Position numbers and translations under genes: made by a program. A stretch of DNA of 64,000 nucleotides from Thermoanaerobaculia bacterium (GTDB taxonomy: Bacteria > Acidobacteriota > Thermoanaerobaculia > Multivoradales > JAHEKO01). The stretch covers positions 144 through 64,143 of the forward strand of contig JBHHWO010000003.1 of the NCBI GenBank assembly GCA_046756565.1. The letters are read 5' to 3'. The notes below the pieces were generated by a model. It searched no databases. It had not been told where the DNA came from and saw nothing but the letters and a program-made list of their open reading frames with translations. Shown one piece after another: positions 56,261 to 64,000 of the stretch. Numbering within the stretch: position 1 is the stretch's first letter; each line of letters starts with the position of its first letter.

Positions 56261-57103
56261 CTAGTAGCGGAGCACCCCCCAAAGATGGAGCCCGAGAAAG
56301 ACGAGCAGCAGAAGCGACGTCGGAACGTGCAGCCAGAGCCAGGCACGCAGGGCCTGTTGCAGTGTGTAGTGCGCGTCGATCTCGAACTTGGCCCGGTAGA
56401 GCTCTTCCAGCTCATCGAGCTTTTCGGCCTCTTCCTCGGGCAGCTTCTCGCGCAGATAGCGGACCGATCGGAGTCTCTCCCGGATACCGCCGGTGATGTC
56501 GAAGAAATAGACCCACCGACGGTTCGGCGCTTGGAGCTTCGTCGCCATCGCGCTGTCGTGCAGATCCCGGATCTCGGTGGCGCTCGAGGCGGCCAGCTCT
56601 GCGGCCCGGGCGCGAATGTCGTCTACGAGCTCCGGAATCCTCTCGTAGAGCACCTCGGTCGACAGACCCGAGGTCATCAGGCGTGGGATCCAGCGCTGCA
56701 TCCCTCGCCCCGCGAGACCGCCGATCACCGTCCAGATGCTCAAGCCGAGCAGCCAGATGGTCACCCATCCCTCGGGCATTCCGAAACCACTGTGAACAAG
56801 AACCAGGAGCAGGAAGAGCGCGCCCCCATACACGTGGAGCACGAGCCAGAGGCGCGACCGGCCGAGGCCGAGGCGGCTGAAGAACGACATCGCCCGCTTG
56901 CGGGCGCTGAGCGCGGTGACCAAGAGCAGCAGCGCCGCGGCGGACCAGCCGAAGATGAGGCTGAGGGTTCCGCCCGGCGCCGCGTCCCACCAGATCGTTC
57001 CGGCGGCATACGCCGACACGACCGCCAGGCACAGGAGCACAAAGCCCCAGACGCCACCGAGTGGAGCTCCCGGCACCGAGAGACCGCTACCCGGTTCGGC
57101 CAT
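56261..57103 (-). CDS. Integral membrane protein with ~5 TM helices and four TM-embedded His (putative di-heme b-type cytochrome)
   Basis: ATG at 57103 in a TGATG junction with the upstream gene. TM helices contain ...LVLHVYGG..., ...LVHSGFG..., ...LWLHVPT..., ...LGLHLWG.... The 355-aa N-terminal extension in the track (to 58168) is an out-of-frame shadow of the upstream gene. Confidence 0.6.
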   Translation of the reverse strand: MAEPGSGLSVPGAPLGGVWGFVLLCLAVVSAYAAGTIWWDAAPGGTLSLIFGWSAAALLLLVTALSARKRAMSFFSRLGLGRSRLWLVLHVYGGALFLLLVLVHSGFGMPEGWVTIWLLGLSIWTVIGGLAGRGMQRWIPRLMTSGLSTEVLYERIPELVDDIRARAAELAASSATEIRDLHDSAMATKLQAPNRRWVYFFDITGGIRERLRSVRYLREKLPEEEAEKLDELEELYRAKFEIDAHYTLQQALRAWLWLHVPTSLLLLVFLGLHLWGVLRY

Positions 57104-58746
57104 CAGGCATCCCCCGTCAAGAGCAATTGAAACTCGTCCAGCGAGCCGATCCGAAACGCGCAGCCCTGCGGGCAGTTGCTGACGCAGGCCGGTCCGTGCC
57201 CCGTGTCCTCGCACAGGTCGCACTTCGAGGCGACCGCCCGGTTCCGTCCCCGCAGGCCGGTCGGAACCATGTCGTCGGGCCACACGGTGGCGGTCTCGTG
57301 CATCACGATGGCGTCGTAGGGGCAGTTGTTGGCGCAATTCGAGCATCCGATGCATACATCCTCGTCGACCGCCACGACTTCGCCGACACCGGCGCGGTGA
57401 ATCGCACCTGTCGGGCAGCCCACCAGGCATACCGGATCGCGACAGTGGTAGCAGGATTTGGCGACCAGCAGATTGCCGTACTTGTTGCCCTCGCGCACGA
57501 AGCGCGGCCTGCCGCCGTGTGTGTCCGCGCAGGCCCGCACGCAGTCGTCGCAACGGGTGCAGGTGTTGAGGTCGATCGCCAGGATGCTGTTGCCCTGGAC
57601 AAGGCCGCTGCGCAGCGCCACTTCGGTGAATTCGGCAAAGCCCACATTGCGGCGCGAGAAACCCGCTTCGCGAATTCGATCGGTGGCGCTCTGCCAGAGC
57701 TGGTCCTCGATCTCCGGCTGGCTCTGAATCAGCTGCTCGACCACCGTCCGGGGGATCTTGATCAGCTCCGCATACTCCACTGACAGTGCAGTCGACTGCC
57801 ATTCGTCCAGGGCCTCGACCACGAACTCGACTTCGCCCAGGGTCATTCCCTTCGACAGATAGGAGACCGCGATCTCGCCGTCGGCGTAGCCCTGCATGAG
57901 CTTGACGAAGCCCGAGCGAACGAGATAAAGGCAGTCGGCGGCCTCCCCGGCCTTGACGATCTCCTCCTCCGGCTCGCACGACACCAGCTCGACATTCTCC
58001 TTGAGCGCGTCGACAAAGACGTCGGTGCAGCCCTGGAAGAGCGGCGTGTTCTTGAGCTGAACCGCCAGCGAGCGCTCCCGGTACAGCTCGTCGAGCTCGG
58101 CCTTGAGCGCCTTCGACTTGCGCTTCATCAGCCGGAGCGCCGCCACCTTGATCTGGACCAGGCGGCACTCGCCGGCGGTCCTGGCGGTCACCGACTGCGG
58201 CCAGCCGCTCATCGAGCCGATCTCACCGATCAGCTCACCCTTGCCCAGGCGCGCCGCTGCGCCCTCAGGCAGATCGAAGTCCATGGTGGCGAGCAGCGTG
58301 ATCCGGCTCGGATCGACCCGAGTCGCCCTGCGCATCAGGACAGTGCCGCCGGCCACGGTGTCGGTCGGCGATTCGGCCGGCGAAGCTCCGATCACCGTGC
58401 GTGAAAGATCGAAGATCGGCCGGGCTCCAGTGGCTTCCGGCCCGACGCCCTGAACGAAGACTTCGACTTCGCCCTCGAGAACGTAAAACGCCAGATCGAT
58501 GTAGGTCCCCTCTTCGAAGAGAACCGAGCCGTTCGCCCAGCGCGCGATCGAGATATCGGGGCTGATCTTCTCGAGGAACCTGTCGTCGAAATCCGAGAAC
58601 AGCTCAATCGCCTTGAGCTCCTCGACCGACGGCTTGTCCGAGATCTCTGCCAGGCCGCTCTCGTCGTCGTACGAGGACCAGCGATCCCGGTACTGCTCCA
58701 ACCGGCGAAACTCGGTCTTGCCCGGCCCGAGGACCTCGTCGCTCAT
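57103..58746 (-). CDS. Fusion of two cyclic-nucleotide-binding (CAP-effector) domains with an NrfC/DmsB-like 4x[4Fe-4S] ferredoxin module
   Basis: CNB 1: ...ELFSDFDDRFLEKI...FEEGTYIDLAFYVLEGEVEV...GELIGEIG...RSVTARTAGEC.... CNB 2: ...LFQGCTDVFVDAL...GEAADCLYLVRSGFVKL...GEVEF.... FeS: CTRCDDCVRAC, CYHCRDPVCLVGCP, CIGCSNCANNCP, CDLCEDTGHGPACVSNCP. No Tat or Sec signal. Confidence 0.8.
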   Translation of the reverse strand: MSDEVLGPGKTEFRRLEQYRDRWSSYDDESGLAEISDKPSVEELKAIELFSDFDDRFLEKISPDISIARWANGSVLFEEGTYIDLAFYVLEGEVEVFVQGVGPEATGARPIFDLSRTVIGASPAESPTDTVAGGTVLMRRATRVDPSRITLLATMDFDLPEGAAARLGKGELIGEIGSMSGWPQSVTARTAGECRLVQIKVAALRLMKRKSKALKAELDELYRERSLAVQLKNTPLFQGCTDVFVDALKENVELVSCEPEEEIVKAGEAADCLYLVRSGFVKLMQGYADGEIAVSYLSKGMTLGEVEFVVEALDEWQSTALSVEYAELIKIPRTVVEQLIQSQPEIEDQLWQSATDRIREAGFSRRNVGFAEFTEVALRSGLVQGNSILAIDLNTCTRCDDCVRACADTHGGRPRFVREGNKYGNLLVAKSCYHCRDPVCLVGCPTGAIHRAGVGEVVAVDEDVCIGCSNCANNCPYDAIVMHETATVWPDDMVPTGLRGRNRAVASKCDLCEDTGHGPACVSNCPQGCAFRIGSLDEFQLLLTGDA

Positions 58747-60914
58747 CGCGATCCTCCTGTCGATCCACCGGAACCGTCAGCGCGGCCGGCCGAGACATTG
58801 GTCGGGCTGACCAGTTTGTAAAGCTCCCGGAGCCGTTTCTGAACCGCCAGGAGAAGCTCCTCGATCGACGCTTCGCCCACCTTGGGAAGCGGTTTGAAAT
58901 CCACGCCCCCCGATGCAATTCCCGCCGCCGAGCCGACGGTGGCCCCCGGGGTCAGCGGTCGCGGCGTCGGCGGGCGGAGTACCCACTCTTCCGAGCGGCG
59001 CTGCTCGGCGAACGTCGTCGTCGACCGAACCGATCCCGAGCTTTCACTCGAGCTCGCACTCTGCCCACGACCGCCCCCGGAAGAGCCCGCCGGCAGCGTC
59101 GCCACGCGCACGTCGGGTACCGGGCCCCGGGACGCGATCACGGCCCTCGCCGACGACGAGATCTCGCCGTCCGCCAGCCGGTGCTGCCAGTGGCGCACTT
59201 CGTTCATGCCGCGCACATAGTCGAAGTCCGACCCGGACGGATGCCCTGCCGACAGCAGGCGCCGATCGGTGACGTAGTGGCAGCCGGTGCAGGTCTCGGC
59301 CCGCGTCTTCGACTGGCGCAGATCCTTCTTGCCCAAACCGAGCGCCGCCAGGTGCCCGGGCCGCTGCCGGCCCAATTCTTTGCCGGCTTCGTTCTTGTGC
59401 GGCTCGAGCCAGTCCGCCGCGGGCCCGTGGCAGCTCTCGCAACCGACCCCGTCGAGCACCTCCCGCGACTCCTTGCCCGAGAGAATCGTGCCGTGGCAAT
59501 CCATGCACACCGCGCGACCGGTGGTCATTTGCGATGTCTTGACGCCATAGAGGCGCGCGATCCTGAGGACGTCGGGATCGCCGTCGAAGAACGGATTCAC
59601 CGAGCGGGAGTGCTCATGACCGAACCACCATTGGTTCTGCTCGGTGTGACAGCCGGCGCAATTGACCGGACCGATGGTCCTACGCTGCGAAGCCGGCCGG
59701 ATACGGATCTTGAACCCTCCCGCGACCCCCGCCGCCCCGGTCGATGCTGCTCGGGCGCCCGGCTCCGCAGAGGCGCCGCCGCTCGAGGCGGGCACGGTCG
59801 AGCCGGGAGAGCTTCCTTCGCTCGGCGGAGTCCGATCTCGCACACCGGAAGCACCGCCACCCGCGGCCGGGGTCCCGTCGGCCGCGGCGACCTCGAAGTC
59901 TTCCTCGGGCTCGATTCCACGAACCAGGTCATCGAGAGATGCGAGCTGCGATGCGTCGGCAGCGCCCAGAAAGCTCCTCGTCGCGCGCGCGATCGTGTCG
60001 GCGGCAGCGAGGAGAGACGCCTCGTTGCCGGGCACCGTGCGCACAGCCTTGACCGCGGCCAGCATCTCATCGACCTGAGAGATCCCGGCTGCGCGGCTGA
60101 CCGCTCGCAACTCGGACACCGCGCTTCGCACCCTGCGGCTCATCGCTTTCGAATAAATGCCGTCGACGGTCGCCTTGGCCATTCCGCGCAGGCTGTACTC
60201 GAGATCGAGCGCCCGGCCGACGACGTACATAACGCGCTTGCGCGACATGGAACGTTCGCGATTGACCGGATCGGTACGGTCGCGAAAGGATCTCAGGAAG
60301 TTGTGTCGAATCTGACCCTGGCTCCACTCGACCAGCTCGAAGCCGGCGCTGCCGGTCGTGTGTCCCCCTTCGTTCACGAGACGTTCGAGCGGTACCGAGT
60401 GGCAGCTGAAGCAGTTCGCGGCGACCGGATACAGGTCGGACGGCCGCCGCATTCCGGCGTTGCGGCTGTCCGCGATGCGCTGGCGGCGGTGCGCTGCCGA
60501 TTCTCCCGTATGGTCCTCGGCCGCACCGTAGTCGTTGTGGACGTCGAGGTAGTCCGCCCCGGCGCCGTGACACGACTCGCAAGAGACGCCCGAGACCACT
60601 CGGATCTGCCCGCTCTGGATGACCGGCGTGTAGTGGCAGCTGAAGCAGAGGCTGTCGCGCTTGATCAGGCGAAAGCCCATCTTTTTGGCGATCGTCTCCG
60701 CCTGCTCCTTCTTGTGAAGTGTCTTGAATCCGGTCGCGTGCGGAGTTGTCTTCCAGACCACCGCCTCGTGGATGTGGCATTCACCGCATTTCTCCGCCGT
60801 AACCACCTTGTTCGGGTCGATCTTGGCGTACTCGAAGAAGGGCGGTTGGGCCCGCAGGGGCGCGCACAGCGCCAGGCCGATCAGCAACACCCCCGCTACG
60901 ACTGGTCGTTTCAC
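58743..60914 (-). CDS. Secreted octaheme c-type cytochrome with Ser/Gly-rich low-complexity segments
   Basis: Signal peptide MKRPVVAGVLLIGLALCAPLRAQ. Eight CxxCH motifs (CGECH, CFSCH, CESCH, CFSCH, CAGCH, CMDCH, CESCH, CTGCH). Confidence 0.8.
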   Translation of the reverse strand: MKRPVVAGVLLIGLALCAPLRAQPPFFEYAKIDPNKVVTAEKCGECHIHEAVVWKTTPHATGFKTLHKKEQAETIAKKMGFRLIKRDSLCFSCHYTPVIQSGQIRVVSGVSCESCHGAGADYLDVHNDYGAAEDHTGESAAHRRQRIADSRNAGMRRPSDLYPVAANCFSCHSVPLERLVNEGGHTTGSAGFELVEWSQGQIRHNFLRSFRDRTDPVNRERSMSRKRVMYVVGRALDLEYSLRGMAKATVDGIYSKAMSRRVRSAVSELRAVSRAAGISQVDEMLAAVKAVRTVPGNEASLLAAADTIARATRSFLGAADASQLASLDDLVRGIEPEEDFEVAAADGTPAAGGGASGVRDRTPPSEGSSPGSTVPASSGGASAEPGARAASTGAAGVAGGFKIRIRPASQRRTIGPVNCAGCHTEQNQWWFGHEHSRSVNPFFDGDPDVLRIARLYGVKTSQMTTGRAVCMDCHGTILSGKESREVLDGVGCESCHGPAADWLEPHKNEAGKELGRQRPGHLAALGLGKKDLRQSKTRAETCTGCHYVTDRRLLSAGHPSGSDFDYVRGMNEVRHWQHRLADGEISSSARAVIASRGPVPDVRVATLPAGSSGGGRGQSASSSESSGSVRSTTTFAEQRRSEEWVLRPPTPRPLTPGATVGSAAGIASGGVDFKPLPKVGEASIEELLLAVQKRLRELYKLVSPTNVSAGRADGSGGSTGGSR

Positions 60915-62410
60915 TAGAACTTCAAGACCAGTTCAAAGCGTCCGCCAAAGCCGGTCAGGTCGTCCGAGGCGCCGAGGCCCTCGATGTAGCTCGCGAAGCC
61001 GTCCCAGACCAGGACCACGTGTTTTCCCTTGGCCATCTGGTAGCGAACGGTCGCGGCAGCCTGGTTAGCCACTCCGGAGGCCGTTCCGACCCGAAGACCG
61101 AGTTCGCCGAGCAGCTGGCGGCGAGCCAAGGGACCGTAGAACTTCTGGTAGCCGATCGCGCCGCCGGCGACGTTCCGCGCCCGGCTCGACAGCGGCGCCC
61201 CGTAGTTACCCAGGCCGACCGCGGCAAACGAGACTCCCGCGGGACCCAGCGGCCCGCCCGAAGCCGGCCCACTCGCCGCCGCCGAGTACTCGTCGAGCGC
61301 CAGGAAAGTCGTGAAATAGAACAGATCGAAGCTGTGGTGCGGGGTCCAGGACACCTCGCTGAAGAGCAGCGTGCCGTCGGTGGCAAACGCAGTCTCCTCG
61401 TCCAGGGCAAGCGAGCTCAGGAGTCGAAACGACGTATTGATTTTCCCGATGCGCTGAACCGCACTCACACCGACGCCGACAAGATCGCCGCTCGAGTCGC
61501 TACCGGTCACGTAGGCGAGATCGACATCGATGGTCGAGGTCCGGACATCGGTCGAGGTCAATACCGCAAACAGCTCGGCGTCGCCGTCTTCCACATTGTT
61601 GCGATGCAGGTCGCTCGCCCCGAAGAACAAGGTCGCTCGAAAGTTCGACGTGTTCTTGGGCAACAGGGTGTTGCGAGTGATCCCGACGCCATCTATCGAG
61701 TCATTGATCAGCATGCCTTCCTGGAAGATCAACAGCTGCCGGCCGATCGAGAAACCGACGTCGGTGCGTCCGAAGTCCTGCTTGTCGATCCCCGGAAAAA
61801 TCTCGCCGAACTCACCCTCGAAGTACAGACTCTGGATCTCGGCGTTGAGCTCATCGCGGAAGGCGTCGTCGTCGCCAAACAGCGCCTGGAACTCGGGGCT
61901 CCGCGAGCTGGGCTCGAGGATGTAGCTGGTGAACCGGCCGTCCTGGTCGAAATTGCGGAAACCCAGCACCAGCCGCTCGGTTCCGGTGAGCTGCAAGTTG
62001 GCGAACAGATCGAGCCGATTGGCCCACTCGGTGATCCGGAAGTCGTCGACCTCGAAACTCTGGATCGCGCTGCGCAGCGTGCCGAAAACGATCAAGGTCG
62101 GCTGCCACACGGCGCCGGTCGGAAGCTTGAACCCCGGATTGATGTTGCCGGTGCCCAGATACGGATTGCCCAGCTCGAGCAGAAGCCGTGGCCGCTCGGG
62201 AAGATCCTCGAGCAGCGGAATGTACTCGTCGGTAACCGCGCTCGAGTCATGGGCGCCGTCGTCGCTTTCGCCGTGCGCCTCCCCGACCTCGGGGTCTGAA
62301 GCGACTTCCACCGCGACCGCCGCATGGGCCGGTACACCGGCTCCGGTGGCAAGCAACAGAATCAGACCACCGGCCGCCGCGAGGAGTCCGAGGTCTCTCC
62401 TGCGAGTCAT
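60914..62410 (-). CDS. Outer-membrane beta-barrel protein (porin-like) encoded inside the cytochrome operon
   Basis: Signal peptide ...LLAAAGGLILLLATGAGVPAHA. Alternating amphipathic beta-strand pattern throughout. C-terminus ...GGRFELVLKF ends in the aromatic residue typical of OMP terminal strands. Confidence 0.6.
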   Translation of the reverse strand: MTRRRDLGLLAAAGGLILLLATGAGVPAHAAVAVEVASDPEVGEAHGESDDGAHDSSAVTDEYIPLLEDLPERPRLLLELGNPYLGTGNINPGFKLPTGAVWQPTLIVFGTLRSAIQSFEVDDFRITEWANRLDLFANLQLTGTERLVLGFRNFDQDGRFTSYILEPSSRSPEFQALFGDDDAFRDELNAEIQSLYFEGEFGEIFPGIDKQDFGRTDVGFSIGRQLLIFQEGMLINDSIDGVGITRNTLLPKNTSNFRATLFFGASDLHRNNVEDGDAELFAVLTSTDVRTSTIDVDLAYVTGSDSSGDLVGVGVSAVQRIGKINTSFRLLSSLALDEETAFATDGTLLFSEVSWTPHHSFDLFYFTTFLALDEYSAAASGPASGGPLGPAGVSFAAVGLGNYGAPLSSRARNVAGGAIGYQKFYGPLARRQLLGELGLRVGTASGVANQAAATVRYQMAKGKHVVLVWDGFASYIEGLGASDDLTGFGGRFELVLKF

Positions 62411-64000
62411 CGTCCCGCCTCCCCGGTCGCGGCGCCTCCGGTGCCACCGGCCGTCCGGACTTCCCCGACCCGGGCCTCGATCTCCTGCTGCCAGAGCACC
62501 TGATGGCCGGCGACCACCCGCTCGGCAATCTGTTTGGTCGTCAGGCCATAGTCGAAACCGACGATCCTGATTCGGTTGACCAGGTTGACCGGCAGCATTC
62601 CGGCCACCAGCTCGACCCGGATCTTGTAGGTCCCCGAACCGCTGAGCTGGGACGGCTTCACCTTGTACTTCGGGTAGCGCCGGCCGGCGGGCTCGATATT
62701 CTGCTTGTGCTTGCGCGCCCCGCGCGGCCGGCCGGTGAGAATCGTCGAGGTCGTCGACGGCCGCAGAAACGGCAGCGGATCGGGCGAGAAGTTGAGTGCC
62801 AGAATCTGCTCGCGCTCGCCGCCGCGCACCATCCGGGTCAAGAACCGGCCCTGGAGGCTGAACAGCTGCTTGTCGAGCGGCAGCTCGCCGTTGTGGACGT
62901 AGAGCGAGTGGTTGTCGCGCAGATCGCCGTTGGGATCGAGATCGCCGGACCGGAAAACGACGTTGCCGTCGGGGCCGGTTACAGTCACCCGCAGGAATAC
63001 CACTCGCTCGGCGTCGAATCCCGTCGGCACGCCGTGCCCGTCGGTGCCATTGGCGACCTCGACCTGAAACACCAGGCCCTTCTCGGGATCGGCCTTCAGA
63101 ATCTCGACGCCCATCAAACGGTAGGCCACGCGGAGAATATGACGGCGCTGGCGATTGGCCTCGGCCAGAAGCTCGATGTTGTCGGTCAGGATGTCGCGAG
63201 CGTCGTAGCGGTCATCGGCCGAGCTCCAGTGCTCGGGAAACTCGTAGTCCTCGGCCACATTTGTCTCGAACTCGTCCGTGCCCCAGCCGGCCTCGTGGTC
63301 GTAAGTCAGCCACTGCCGGATAGTTGCCAGCTCCGAGGCGGCGGTGTTGTGCGGAAAGATTCCGGGATGGATGACCGAGTGGTCAGGCCCGATAAACATG
63401 TGGTTGGTGATCCGTCGTGTCCGCGTCGGCTTGCCGCCGACCACGGCGGCAGGGCCCTCCGGGTAGCCCGAGTCCACACCCGGCTCCGTGCCCATGTGGC
63501 AGTCCTGGCAGGAGACGCCCTTCCTGGCCGCCGGCGAGGTCTTGAACTCGCTGAACGCCTCTTCCAACCGGAAGCCGTTGACCAGATTCACATCGTGACA
63601 GGTCGCGCAAAAGCCCGAAGTGGTGAGCTGTAGGAATTTCTCTGCCTTTCCGTGGATCGCTCGCCCAGCCTTGCCCCGCTCGGGATTCACCCGGTAATCG
63701 GAGCTCTCGATGACGCGCGCGACCTCGACGTTGCCCTCGGGACCGTAGACGGGATCGAAAAGGTCACCGCGCTCGATCGCCAGGCGACCGGAGAGCTTGC
63801 CGTAGTTGCGGTTGACGCGATGGCAGACGACGCAGGTCACGCCCTCGCGCGAGGTCGGGTGCCGGTCCATGTTGGTCATGAACTCGGGCTCCTCGAGATT
63901 CATCCCTACCGGATCGTGGCAGCGGATGCAGAAGTCTCCGTTGGTGCCGTTGGTGATGACCAGGACCGCCCCCTGCATCGCGTTGAAGATCGGGCTCATC
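62407..64000 (-). CDS. Multiheme c-type cytochrome, partial (N-terminus lies beyond the window end)
   Basis: At least four CxxCH motifs in the visible part (CIRCH, CVVCH, CATCH, CQDCH). The frame is open to the window edge. Stop overlaps the OMP start (ATGA-type, 4 bp). Confidence 0.7.
   Translation of the reverse strand, partial: MSPIFNAMQGAVLVITNGTNGDFCIRCHDPVGMNLEEPEFMTNMDRHPTSREGVTCVVCHRVNRNYGKLSGRLAIERGDLFDPVYGPEGNVEVARVIESSDYRVNPERGKAGRAIHGKAEKFLQLTTSGFCATCHDVNLVNGFRLEEAFSEFKTSPAARKGVSCQDCHMGTEPGVDSGYPEGPAAVVGGKPTRTRRITNHMFIGPDHSVIHPGIFPHNTAASELATIRQWLTYDHEAGWGTDEFETNVAEDYEFPEHWSSADDRYDARDILTDNIELLAEANRQRRHILRVAYRLMGVEILKADPEKGLVFQVEVANGTDGHGVPTGFDAERVVFLRVTVTGPDGNVVFRSGDLDPNGDLRDNHSLYVHNGELPLDKQLFSLQGRFLTRMVRGGEREQILALNFSPDPLPFLRPSTTSTILTGRPRGARKHKQNIEPAGRRYPKYKVKPSQLSGSGTYKIRVELVAGMLPVNLVNRIRIVGFDYGLTTKQIAERVVAGHQVLWQQEIEARVGEVRTAGGTGGAATGEAGR

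Noticed and set aside
57104-58168. 355-aa N-terminal extension of the membrane-protein ORF 56261..58168
   Set aside because: It is an out-of-frame shadow of the cNMP/Fe-S gene (57103-58746), Arg/Gly-rich with no TM segments. The real gene starts at the TGATG junction at 57103.

Overview
High-GC (roughly 65-70% by eye) bacterial chromosomal segment from a diderm organism (BamD, CpoB/YbgF-like lipoprotein, a TonB-ExbBD system and an outer-membrane beta-barrel are present). About 60 tightly packed protein-coding genes lie on both strands; I found no rRNA, tRNA or CRISPR array. Most of the window is core housekeeping: tldD-pmbA, an acyl-CoA carboxyltransferase, glyA, folC-accD, yebC-ruvC, exbB-exbD-exbD-tonB-TPR, ftsEX, pgeF, tatA, a lytic transglycosylase, a LysM protein, cpoB-like, bamD, rpe, uppS-cdsA-rseP, truA, glycosyltransferases, uvrD, glmUS, yvcK, mglBA, glpD, tyrA-like, and ubiX with an mqnC/E-family radical SAM gene plus a deoxynucleoside kinase. 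Two observations stand out. First, a 168-bp MITE-like element with perfect 24-bp terminal inverted repeats sits directly after tatA (21144-21311), and a second, edge-truncated copy occupies nt 1-77. Second, the last ~12.5 kb (51586-64000, minus strand) is one translationally coupled operon of at least 8 genes encoding three multiheme c-type cytochromes (10, 8 and at least 4 CxxCH motifs), an outer-membrane beta-barrel, a putative di-heme b-type membrane protein, a protein fusing two cyclic-nucleotide-binding domains to an NrfC-like 4x[4Fe-4S] module, a tandem-FHA protein, and a flavoprotein fused to two FHA domains and a ferredoxin-like domain. A Ser/Thr kinase carrying a C-terminal TonB_C domain lies convergent to it. 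I interpret this as a candidate phospho-threonine- and cyclic-nucleotide-regulated transmembrane or extracellular electron-transfer conduit; I do not recognise this combination as a described system. Other oddities are a receiver-domain/Ser-Thr-kinase hybrid, a low-GC Fis-like gene islet, a cysteine-less Bcp peroxiredoxin homolog, a histone-H1-like KKKTAAK-repeat protein, and an mglBA-yvcK-glmUS-uvrD gene string. All calls rest on reading the translated ORFs and the raw sequence; no database searches were possible.
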